From Burkholderiales bacterium (GTDB lineage: Bacteria; Pseudomonadota; Gammaproteobacteria; Burkholderiales; Burkholderiaceae_C), in NCBI GenBank assembly GCA_011391855.1, contig JAABPT010000113.1, forward strand, positions 1 to 44,546: a stretch of 44,546 bases of DNA, read 5' to 3'. The notes beneath the pieces were generated by a model. The model saw nothing but the letters and a program-made list of their open reading frames with translations, searched no databases and was not told the DNA's origin. This document shows positions 1 to 7,852 of the stretch, in pieces (position 1 is the first letter of the stretch; each line of letters starts with the position of its first letter). The translations under genes were made by a program, and so were the position numbers.

Positions 1-487
1 CGGCGGCGAGATCACTCAGGACGGTGGCGCCACCTTCGAGAGCGAGAAGTCCAGCGTGTTGCAGGTGGCGCAGACCATCAGCGTCATCATCAGCCTGGCC
101 GAGCGCGGTGACGAGCAGGACGTGGTGACGCTGTCCACGCTGCACGCCGCCAAGGGCCTGGAATGGCCGCACGTCACGCTGGCGGGCGTGAACGAAGGGC
201 TGCTGCCGTTTCAGAGCGGCAGCGAAGCCGCCGAGCCGATGACACCCGAGCGGCTGCAGGAAGAGCGCCGCCTCATGTACGTGGGCATCACGCGCGCCCA
301 GCGCACGCTGGCGGTGAGCACCTTGCGTCGCCGCAAGAAGGGCCGCGCCACCGTGGCTGCCGTGCCCAGCCGCTTCATCAAGGAGATGAAGCTGGACGAA
401 GGCGTGGTGAAGGAAGATCCGCGTGCGCGGCTCAAGGCCTTGCGCGACGCGATGGCCGCGCGGGTGGTGCCCGTGCCTGCACCCTGA
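1..487 (+). CDS. rep: UvrD/Rep-family SF1 DNA helicase, C-terminal part (5'-truncated by window edge)
   Basis: Motifs VTLSTLHAAKGLEW and EERRLMYVGITRA (UvrD_C). The frame is open from base 2. Rep versus UvrD is inferred. Confidence 0.8.
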   Translation, partial: GGEITQDGGATFESEKSSVLQVAQTISVIISLAERGDEQDVVTLSTLHAAKGLEWPHVTLAGVNEGLLPFQSGSEAAEPMTPERLQEERRLMYVGITRAQRTLAVSTLRRRKKGRATVAAVPSRFIKEMKLDEGVVKEDPRARLKALRDAMAARVVPVPAP

Positions 488-495
488 GGACAGCG

Positions 496-1152
496 ATGGC
501 GGCAACCTTGCGCACCCCCTGGCTGGCATGGGCGTTGGTCCTTTGTGCCGCTCTGACCATCGTGTCGGCACCGTGGGCGCTGGCGATGCCCGTGCTGAAT
601 TTCGTCTTCAAGCCGCTGGCGACGTTGATCGTCATCGCCCACGCGTGGCCGCGCGGCGCCGATGCTCCGGTGGTGCGGCGCTGGGTGCTGGTTGGGCTCG
701 TGTTTTCGCTGGGCGGCGACGTGGCGCTGCTGTGGCCCAAGGAAGGTTTCCTGCCTGGGCTGGTGAGCTTCCTGCTGGCCCACCTGGCCTACCTCGTGGC
801 ATTCACACGCGTGCAGCGGCTGGCGGCATGGCTGCCGGCGTTTCTGGCCTACGCTGCCGTGGCGGGCCTCATTCTTTGGCGGCTGTGGCCCGGCGTGCCG
901 GCCGCACTGCAACTGCCGGTCGTGGCCTATGTCGTTTGCCTGGCCGCGATGGCAGCGCAGGCGGCCGTGCTGTGGCGCCGCGGCGCCGAGCGCGGCGCGC
1001 TGCTGGCGCTGGGCGGCGCGCTGTTCCTGGCCTCCGATGCGCTGCTGGCGACCAACAAATTCGCCGGCCCGTTGCCGCTGGCCAGCCTGTGGATCCTGGG
1101 CACCTACTGGTCGGCGCAGTGGTGCATTGCGTCGTGGCTGAAACCACGCTGA
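496..1152 (+). CDS. YhhN-family lysoplasmalogenase-like membrane protein
   Basis: FVFKP, SLGGDVALL, SFLLAHLAY, ASDALLA and TYWSAQ motifs; many TM segments. ATG at 496 follows GAGGA. Confidence 0.9.
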   Translation: MAATLRTPWLAWALVLCAALTIVSAPWALAMPVLNFVFKPLATLIVIAHAWPRGADAPVVRRWVLVGLVFSLGGDVALLWPKEGFLPGLVSFLLAHLAYLVAFTRVQRLAAWLPAFLAYAAVAGLILWRLWPGVPAALQLPVVAYVVCLAAMAAQAAVLWRRGAERGALLALGGALFLASDALLATNKFAGPLPLASLWILGTYWSAQWCIASWLKPR

Positions 1153-1228
1153 CGCCGGGCTGTAGACGCCACTTCCGGGCTCTCAGCCCGGGTGCGCCTG
1201 TGTCGCCACGCCGGTTGGCGCTGCGCCT

Positions 1229-1678
1229 TCAGGGTGCCGATGCCGCGCTGGCTGCCGGCACAGGCGACCTCGTCACCAGCTCGTACATGATGGCACCCTC
1301 GGCCACGCTGCCCTGGCGTGTGCCGTGGCCCTGCATCATGAGTCGGCAGTCGGCACGGTCGCGTTCGGGCACACGCTCGCAACGCGCCAGCGCATTGGCC
1401 GCGTAGTCGGGCTCGGCCTGCGGCGGCGACGGGCGGCCCTTGGCCGCCCGCGCTTCGGCCAGCACGGCCCCGGCTTCGCGCAGGCAGGCTTCGCGATCCT
1501 GGCTCGCCGGGCCGCTGAGGCAGGCGGCACGATCGGCCCGGTAGCGGGCCTCGGCTCCCATCTGGCCGCTGGCCGCCGTTGGCGGCGCGGCCAGAGCCAT
1601 GGGGCCCAGCAGGCCAGCCACCAGGGAAAGCAACAGGACGCGTGCAACGGTGGCGGTGCGGGGGGTGAGCGTGGCCAT
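1229..1678 (-). CDS. Exported hypothetical protein with four cysteines
   Basis: Signal peptide; helical RYRADRAAC...DREACLREA; AAGGA RBS repeats upstream. Confidence 0.75.
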   Translation of the reverse strand: MATLTPRTATVARVLLLSLVAGLLGPMALAAPPTAASGQMGAEARYRADRAACLSGPASQDREACLREAGAVLAEARAAKGRPSPPQAEPDYAANALARCERVPERDRADCRLMMQGHGTRQGSVAEGAIMYELVTRSPVPAASAASAP

Positions 1679-1685
1679 GTCTTGA

Positions 1686-1711
1686 TGTCCTTGGTGTCCT
1701 TGGTGTCCTTG
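1686..1711. repeat. 9-bp tandem repeat (TGTCCTTGG x~3), giving three AAGGA RBS-like units on the minus strand
   Basis: Copies at 1686-1694, 1695-1703 and 1704-1711. Confidence 0.8.
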
Positions 1712-1723
1712 TCCGCTGGGGCT

Positions 1724-2788
1724 TCAGCGGTCGAGCGTCAGGCCGCCGTCGCGCAGCAGCACCTTGTCGCCGACCTTGAACGCCGGTGCGTCCTCGTAGC
1801 TCACCATGCGCTGGCTGCCGTCGTCGCGCATGCGCAGCACGACCTCGAAGTGGTCTTCCTTGTCCTGGGTGCGCTTTTGCACCTCGCGGCCGAGCACGGC
1901 CCCGCCCAAGACGCCCGCCACCTGGGCCGCCGTGCGGCCGCTGCCGCTGCCGACCTGGCTGCCGAGCACGGCGCCCAGCAGGCCGCCGGCCACGGCGCCG
2001 CCGATATAACGGCCGTCACCCTCAACCTCGACGCGGTTGACCGCCAGTACCGTGGCGCAGTCCGCGCAGGGCTGCGCCAACGCCAGCTTGTTCAAGCGAT
2101 TCGCGTCGAGGGCGTTTTCCAGCGTCGTGCTGGTGCTGCGCTCACCCACCCGCAACCGGGCCACGATGGCGTCCTTGGGGTCCAACCTGTCGTTCGGGCG
2201 CACCGTGTAGCTGCCCGTGTAGGTGCCGGCCGGCGTCTCGGTGAGGCGAAAGCGCGGCTGTGCCCCGACCATGCGCACATTGGCGCGGCCGCCGGGCGTG
2301 CCCACCAGCGTGAAGTCCAGCTGGCGCCCCTGCGCGCCAGAAACCCCGTGGCGCACCTCGAAGCGGTCGATCCTCGGCTCCAAGCCCGCGGCGTCGGCGG
2401 CAAGCGGTGTGCCGCTTTGCAGGTCCTCGTCGAGGGTCGCCGAGCCGACGCGGTTGCCGCTGCGCAGGTTGGCACTGACGCGCGCATCGGGCTGGATACG
2501 GTCGCGCTGGCTGATGGTGTAGATGCCGCGGTAAATGCCGGGGCTGGTCTCGACGAGCGCCAGCGCGCGCTGCGCGCCGTCGATCTGCAGCGCCGCCTGC
2601 GCGCCGGGCGTGCCCCAGACGGTGAAGTTGAGATCCGTGCCGGGGTTCAGCTGCGACACCTGTTCGACGTCGAAGCCGGTCACCCGCGGCGTGGTCGCCG
2701 CGGTGACGGCGGCTGCCGGCAACGGCGTCGCCAGCGCTGCGCCCATGGCCAGGGCCAGCGCTACGGCCGGTGTGGAAATGGTTTTCAT
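1724..2788 (-). CDS. Exported protein with two tandem beta-rich repeat domains and a C-terminal glycine-zipper 2TM (SlyB/Pcp-like) domain
   Basis: Signal peptide; repeated FTxxGTPG...ETxxGxYxGxYT; CADC; GAVAGGLLGAVLGSQVGSGSGRTAAQVAGVLGGAVLG. Confidence 0.85.
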   Translation of the reverse strand: MKTISTPAVALALAMGAALATPLPAAAVTAATTPRVTGFDVEQVSQLNPGTDLNFTVWGTPGAQAALQIDGAQRALALVETSPGIYRGIYTISQRDRIQPDARVSANLRSGNRVGSATLDEDLQSGTPLAADAAGLEPRIDRFEVRHGVSGAQGRQLDFTLVGTPGGRANVRMVGAQPRFRLTETPAGTYTGSYTVRPNDRLDPKDAIVARLRVGERSTSTTLENALDANRLNKLALAQPCADCATVLAVNRVEVEGDGRYIGGAVAGGLLGAVLGSQVGSGSGRTAAQVAGVLGGAVLGREVQKRTQDKEDHFEVVLRMRDDGSQRMVSYEDAPAFKVGDKVLLRDGGLTLDR

Positions 2789-2813
2789 GGCGTGGCGGCG
2801 GTCACGCGGGGGG

Positions 2814-3110
2814 TCAGTTCGTCGGCGCCGAGGCGGCGGGCGGGACCACGATCACCGTGGTGCCGGCGCCTGATGTGCCCGTGTTTCCTTTGTCCCCTGT
2901 GGCCCCTGTGTAGCCGGTGGCACCGGTGCTGCCGGTGGCTCCGGTATAGCCGGTGTTGCCCGTGTTCCCGGTGGCGCCTGTCGCACCAGTGGGGCCGGCC
3001 GGTCCGGGCACGGCCACCGGTGTCGGCACGTTCACGACCACCGGCTCGCGCTCGCAGGCGGCCAGGGTCAGGGTGGCGAGCAGTGCCGCCGTCAAGATGA
3101 TTCGGTTCAT
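2814..3110 (-). CDS. Small collagen-like lipoprotein (98 aa)
   Basis: Lipobox LAAC; 16 consecutive G-X-Y triplets, mostly G-X-T; AGGA RBS before the ATG at 3110. Confidence 0.85.
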   Translation of the reverse strand: MNRIILTAALLATLTLAACEREPVVVNVPTPVAVPGPAGPTGATGATGNTGNTGYTGATGSTGATGYTGATGDKGNTGTSGAGTTVIVVPPAASAPTN

Positions 3111-3343
3111 GGAGAGTCCTCGTGCGGGTGAATGAAGGCGGCACCGCCTGATGCGGCATCGTGCCGCCGGTCGATGCCGCTGCCCAGGACCAGCCTGGAA
3201 TGGCTGCAGCATGGGCGCATACGCGGCTGATCACCGTGCGCTGGCGAACACAGCCACCCGCAAGCACGGCCGTTTCGGTCCCAGGCTGCCGGCCATGGTC
3301 GACCTGTTCGCCGCGCCGTCACTAACAGCGCGACAGTAGGCGC

Positions 3344-4291
3344 TCACATGCCTTTGAACAGACCGGTATAACTGCGGCTCACCTCGAGCTTCTCGGAGTG
3401 GCCCCTGACACTGACGATCTGGCGGCCACGGAAGTCGCGCGTGACGCCGGCGATGGCCTTCACGTTGACCAGCGTGCTGCGGTGGATCTGCCAGAACAGC
3501 CGCGGGTCGATCTCGTCGACCAGCTCCTTGATCGGCTTTCTGATCAGCGCCTCCACCTGCGCCGTCTGCACCCGCGTGTATTTCTCGTCACTGATGAAGA
3601 AGAGCACGTCCTCGACCGGGATCATCTGGATCGCCTGGCCCACGGTGGCCTGGATCCACTGCAGATATTGCGGCGCGCCGCCGGGGTTCAGCCGTGCCGC
3701 CAGCTGGTGCAGCAACTGCTGCAGGTTCGGCCCCGCCGGCGCCTCGGCGCCGCCTTGGCGTGCTGCCAGCCGCTGCTGGATGCGGCCCACGGTGACCTGC
3801 AGCCGCTCGCGTTCGGCGGGCTTCAACACGTAGTCGGCCACGCCTTGTTCGAAGGCCTCCACCGCATACTGGTCGTAGGCGGTGATGAAGACGATCTCGG
3901 GCGGCAGGTCGCTGTCGTCGCTGTCCGTGTCGCGGTCGTGCCCGGCACGCGGCGGCAGCTGCGCGATCTGCCGTGCCGCTTCTACACCGGTCAGGCCGGG
4001 CATGCGGATGTCCAGGAAGACGATATCCGGGCGGTGCTCGTCCACCAGCTGCACGGCCTCCAGACCGTTGCGCGCCTCGGCCACGATCTGCAGGTCGGGC
4101 CAGACCTCGGCCAGGCGGGCGCGCAACTGTTCGCGCATCAGGCGTTCGTCGTCGGCCAGCACGGCGGTCGGCGCCGACCCCGCAGACGCGGCCGCCAGTG
4201 GGCGGGGTTCAGTAGCCGGTGCCGGTGCCGAGCCGGTGGCCGCGGGGTTCGACGCGGGCGCTGAAGGCCTGTCGGGCGTGGCGGAACTCAT
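3344..4291 (-). CDS. LytTR-family DNA-binding response regulator
   Basis: REC domain (ADDE, FLDIRMPG, TAYD, KP) plus LytTR domain (FWQIHRSTLVN, VSRSY). Start uncertain. Confidence 0.93.
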   Translation of the reverse strand: MSSATPDRPSAPASNPAATGSAPAPATEPRPLAAASAGSAPTAVLADDERLMREQLRARLAEVWPDLQIVAEARNGLEAVQLVDEHRPDIVFLDIRMPGLTGVEAARQIAQLPPRAGHDRDTDSDDSDLPPEIVFITAYDQYAVEAFEQGVADYVLKPAERERLQVTVGRIQQRLAARQGGAEAPAGPNLQQLLHQLAARLNPGGAPQYLQWIQATVGQAIQMIPVEDVLFFISDEKYTRVQTAQVEALIRKPIKELVDEIDPRLFWQIHRSTLVNVKAIAGVTRDFRGRQIVSVRGHSEKLEVSRSYTGLFKGM

Positions 4292-4353
4292 CCGCGCATG
4301 GTAGCGGCGGCCGGCGGCCGGCGACGCAGCATCAACCCCGGCAGCACCCAGGG

Positions 4354-4364
4354 CCACAGGCTGC
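4354..4364. promoter_or_regulatory. Candidate LytTR-type site CCACAGGCTGC upstream of the response regulator
   Basis: Near-identical to CGACAGGCTGC at 5997 and at almost the same distance from a -10-like hexamer (TACCAT, minus strand 4303-4298). Confidence 0.35.
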
Positions 4365-4436
4365 GGCGCGGAGCCTGGGCCGGTGGCGTCGACGCCGGTA
4401 TGCGTTCGCTCGGGAAGACAGGCCTGTCGTCTTCCG

Positions 4437-5903
4437 TCACGCCGGGGTGCCTTCCACCGTCTTGTACGGCACGGTGACCGTCACCACGGTGCCGCTGGGC
4501 TGGTTCTCGGCCACCGTCAGCGTCGCCTTGGGGCCGTACAACAACTGCAGCCGCTCGCGGATATTGGCCAGTCCCACGCCCGTGCCGGCGGTGGCCGCCT
4601 TGCCGAAGCCGAGCCCCGTGTCGGCCACCGTCACCTGCAGCTTGCCGTGCACGATCTCGGCGGCCACGCGCAGGTGGCCGCCCTCGGCCTTGGGCTCCAG
4701 GCCGTGCTTGATGGCGTTCTCCACCAACGTCTGGATCATCATGGGCGGAAACTCGGCCGACAGCAGTCCTTCAGGCACCGCGATCTCGGTCGTCAGCCGC
4801 TCCTCCATGCGCACCTTCAGAATCTCCAGGTAAGGCCGGATCACCGCCAGCTCGCGCCCCAGGTCGCGCACGCCGCTGTTGCCGTTGCCGTTGCCGCTGG
4901 CCTCGCGCATGGTCGGCATGCTGGCGCGCAGCAGCGCGATCAGGTTCTTCTGCATCACGCTGGCGCGTGCCGGGTCGGTCTCGATCAGGTGGTCGATGCT
5001 GGCCAGCGTGTTGAACAGGAAGTGCGGCTCCACCTGCGCTTGCATCGCGGCCATGCGCGCTTCCACCACCTGGCGCTTGAGCGACTCGGCCTCGGCCGTG
5101 GCAGAAGCCTTCTTGGCCTGCACCTCGGCCTGCAGGCGGCCCTTGTAGGTGAACTTGAGGATCGCCGAGGCCACGATGAACAGGAAGGTGAACTGCATCA
5201 TCACGTCGCCGATGCCGATGCGCGTGGTGCGCCTGCGCGATTGCGGCTCGTCGTTCAGCGCCTCGGCAATGGCGCGCTGCGCCTCTTCGCGCGCCTCGGC
5301 AGCGTCGCGTGCGGCCTGCGCGGCGTCCTGGCGCGCCTCGCGCAGCGCCTGGTCGACCTCGCGCCGCGCCTCGGCGATGGCCTCGCGCACGGCTTGAGAC
5401 ACTTCGCCCGGAGGCAGATGGATGTCGAGCCCCTTCGCGGCCGAGGCCGCTCTTTCGGCGGCAATGCGCGACTGCTCGGCCGCCGCTTCCGCAGCCGAGG
5501 CCGCCTGCGCCGGGCCTTCGACACGCGGCGTGATGCGGATGCCCTCCTTGCCGATGCTGATGTCGACGCCGGCGTCCTCGCCACGGCCCGGTGTTTCGAT
5601 GCGCACCGGTGCTTCCGGCGACTTCGGCGGCCGCGGCGTGGCGGCCGGCTTGGGCGGCGCTGGGGGCAGCACCAGCACGCGCGGCCGCTCGGTCTTGACC
5701 TCCTCGGTGAAGGTCCAGGTGAAGGGCGGCAGGTCGTGCAAGATGCCCACCACGACGAGCAACAGGAACGCCAGCACGACAAAGCGCTTCCAGCTGATGC
5801 TGACCAGCCAGCTGCCGTAGGCGTGGTACGTGCGCAGGGTGGCGGCCGAGAAGCGTTGCCAGCGGTCCGGCCAGGCGGTAGACGCGGGAGCCGGGGCAGT
5901 CAT
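4437..5903 (-). CDS. LytS/YehU-type sensor histidine kinase
   Basis: H-box QAQVEPHFLFNTL; QTLVENAIKHG; DTGLG; GVGLANIRERL; two TM regions flanking an Ala-rich coiled region. Confidence 0.93.
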   Translation of the reverse strand: MTAPAPASTAWPDRWQRFSAATLRTYHAYGSWLVSISWKRFVVLAFLLLVVVGILHDLPPFTWTFTEEVKTERPRVLVLPPAPPKPAATPRPPKSPEAPVRIETPGRGEDAGVDISIGKEGIRITPRVEGPAQAASAAEAAAEQSRIAAERAASAAKGLDIHLPPGEVSQAVREAIAEARREVDQALREARQDAAQAARDAAEAREEAQRAIAEALNDEPQSRRRTTRIGIGDVMMQFTFLFIVASAILKFTYKGRLQAEVQAKKASATAEAESLKRQVVEARMAAMQAQVEPHFLFNTLASIDHLIETDPARASVMQKNLIALLRASMPTMREASGNGNGNSGVRDLGRELAVIRPYLEILKVRMEERLTTEIAVPEGLLSAEFPPMMIQTLVENAIKHGLEPKAEGGHLRVAAEIVHGKLQVTVADTGLGFGKAATAGTGVGLANIRERLQLLYGPKATLTVAENQPSGTVVTVTVPYKTVEGTPA

Positions 5904-5932
5904 GGGCAGGCCAGTGAGGAAACAGTCGTCAT
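5900..5932 (-). other. Putative leaderless 10-codon uORF (MTTVSSLACP*) overlapping the kinase start (ATGA)
   Basis: TACAGT hexamer (5945-5940) lies 7 nt upstream of the ATG at 5932; the TGA overlaps the kinase ATG. Confidence 0.3.
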
Positions 5933-5975
5933 GTTTCGCACTGTACGCAGCACAGCGGCCGCCACCAGCGCCCGG

Positions 5976-6024
5976 CGATGCGCCGCCGGGCTCGCACGAC
6001 AGGCTGCAACCCCTGCCGACAGGC
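5976..6024. promoter_or_regulatory. Direct repeats (CGATGCGC / CGACAGGC / CGACAGGC) at 21- and 20-bp spacing; candidate LytTR autoregulatory operator
   Basis: Copies start at 5976, 5997 and 6017. LytTR domains bind direct repeats about two helical turns apart. Confidence 0.45.
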
Positions 6025-6046
6025 GGGCCACGGCGGCCCGCGCCCT

Positions 6047-6946
6047 TCAGCCGCCGAATAACGCGCTGCGCGCCGCGTTGGTGATGGCGGCCACGCCCGG
6101 GTGCGTGATGCGCCGCTCCACCGAGATGGCGTAGAAGTCCTCCGACATCTCGTCGCTGCGGCCGACGACCTGCACGCCGTACTGCGCGGAGGTCTCGGCT
6201 TCCAGCACGGTGGGGGACATGAAGACGCCGTGGCCGTCGCGGCCGAAGGCCTTCATCAGCGCGCCGTCGTCGAATTCGCCCACCACGCGCGGCTGCAGCT
6301 GGTGGCGCTGCAGCCAGGGTTCGAGCTGTTGGCGCACCGGCGACGAAGCGCCCTGGATCAGCATCGGCGCGCCATTCAGGCACTTCGGGAACACCCCCTT
6401 CAGTGCCGGCAGCAAAGAGGGCGCGCAAAAAAAGCTCATCGGCGAACTGCCCAGGGCATGGTTGAAGGCCTTCACGCTGAGGCGGCGCGACAACGGCTCG
6501 TCGGCCAGCACCAGGTCCAGCCGGTGCAGCGCCAGCTGGGCCAGCAGGTCACCGTGCTTGCCCTCCACGCAGATCAACCGCACCGGCTGCACCAGCTTGA
6601 GCGCCGGCGCGAGCAGCCGGCTGGCCACCGGCTTGGCCACCGAATCGGCCACGCCGACGCGGAATTCCAGCACCGGCTGGCCGGCGATGCGTTCTTCGCG
6701 CATCTCGGCTTCGAGCTCGTTGCCCAGGCCGAAGATCTCGTCGGCATAGCGCAGCGCCACGCGGCCGGCCTCGGTGAGTTCGAGCTTGCGGCCGCTCTTG
6801 CGGAACAATTTTCGCCCCAGGCGGTCTTCCAGCAACTTGATCTGGCTCGACAACGTCTGTGGCGTGGTGTGCAGTTGCTCGCCGGCACGCACGATGCCGC
6901 CGGCCTTGGCGGCGACCCAGAAATAGTGCAGGTGCTTGAAGTTCAT
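6047..6946 (-). CDS. nhaR: Transcriptional activator NhaR (LysR family)
   Basis: MNFKHLHYFWVAAKAGG...TPQTLSSQIK; GEFDDGALMKAFG; YAISVERRITHP. Confidence 0.9.
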   Translation of the reverse strand: MNFKHLHYFWVAAKAGGIVRAGEQLHTTPQTLSSQIKLLEDRLGRKLFRKSGRKLELTEAGRVALRYADEIFGLGNELEAEMREERIAGQPVLEFRVGVADSVAKPVASRLLAPALKLVQPVRLICVEGKHGDLLAQLALHRLDLVLADEPLSRRLSVKAFNHALGSSPMSFFCAPSLLPALKGVFPKCLNGAPMLIQGASSPVRQQLEPWLQRHQLQPRVVGEFDDGALMKAFGRDGHGVFMSPTVLEAETSAQYGVQVVGRSDEMSEDFYAISVERRITHPGVAAITNAARSALFGG

Positions 6947-6948
6947 GC

Positions 6949-6985
6949 TTCGATTTTTTCGAAGTGATTTTCTTCAATTATCGAA
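6949..6985. promoter_or_regulatory. LysR/NhaR-type operator in AT-rich divergent promoter
   Basis: Palindrome TTCGA-TTTTT-TCGAA (6949-6963, T-N11-A) and a second TCGAA half-site 22 bp later (6981). Confidence 0.65.
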
Positions 6986-7059
6986 TTTACGCGAAGTGAA
7001 AATGGCCCTAAATTGAACAGTGTCGTGGTTCGCCACACCCTGTATCGAAGGAGATTTCC

Positions 7060-7569
7060 ATGCGCATGAGCACCAAGGGCCGATTCGCCGTCAACGCCTT
7101 GATCGACCTCGCACTGCGTGAGCCCGCCGGGCCGGTGGCACTGGCCGCCATTTGTGCGCGGCAGCAGATTTCGCTTTCGTATCTGGAACAGCTGTTCAGC
7201 CGCCTGCGCCGCAACGGGTTGGTCGAAAGCACGCGCGGGCCGGGCGGCGGCTATACGCTGGGCCGCAGCGTGGCCGAGATCAGTGTGGCCGACATCGTGA
7301 GCGCGGTCGACGAGCCGCTGGACGACGTGGCGGGCGAGGAGCGCGACGAGAGCTACTCGCGCGACCTGTGGCAGCGGCTGAATGCCGTGATGCTGCAGCA
7401 CATGTCGACCATCACGCTGAAGAGCCTGGTCGACGAGCAGATCGCCGGCGGCGTGGCCGTGGAAGCCAAGCCGGCGCGGCGGGCCATCAGCGCGCGTTCA
7501 CCGGTGGCGCCGCTGCGCACCACGGCGCCGAATTCGGTGTTTGCGCTGGCGCGGTCGCTGGCGCGCTGA
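7060..7569 (+). CDS. Rrf2-family regulator, IscR-like but lacking the Fe-S ligand segment
   Basis: MRMSTKGRFAV...ISLSYLEQLF...RGPGGGY; C-terminal PNSVFAL; no Cys after the HTH; AAGGAG RBS. Confidence 0.9.
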   Translation: MRMSTKGRFAVNALIDLALREPAGPVALAAICARQQISLSYLEQLFSRLRRNGLVESTRGPGGGYTLGRSVAEISVADIVSAVDEPLDDVAGEERDESYSRDLWQRLNAVMLQHMSTITLKSLVDEQIAGGVAVEAKPARRAISARSPVAPLRTTAPNSVFALARSLAR

Positions 7570-7852
7570 CCCAAGTCCAAACTACCGCAAGCGCTGCAGA
7601 CAGCCCGCGCCCGGACTGTTGATCGGGTGGCTTTGGCGCCACGTCCGAAGGGCTTGGCGCCACCCCGCGACCGTATTGCACTGGGCTCACATGGTGAGCA
7701 TCCTCGGGGGTTGCTGGCATAGGACAGGGTCAACCCTTTCCGGGATTCACCGACCCCGCGCGCGCCGATGGTTCGTGTACCGTCTGAGTGGATAGCGCGC
7801 CGTCACGGGCACGTCAGGATCTTGAACGAACCGCACCATTACAGGAGACACC

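Noticed and set aside
2860-3005. Periodic DNA resembling a repeat array or CRISPR
   Set aside because: The 9-bp periodicity is explained by G-X-T collagen codons; there are no spacers or cas genes.
7710-7730. CTGGCA as a sigma-54 -24 element for the TRAP operon
   Set aside because: No TTGC at the required -12 position.
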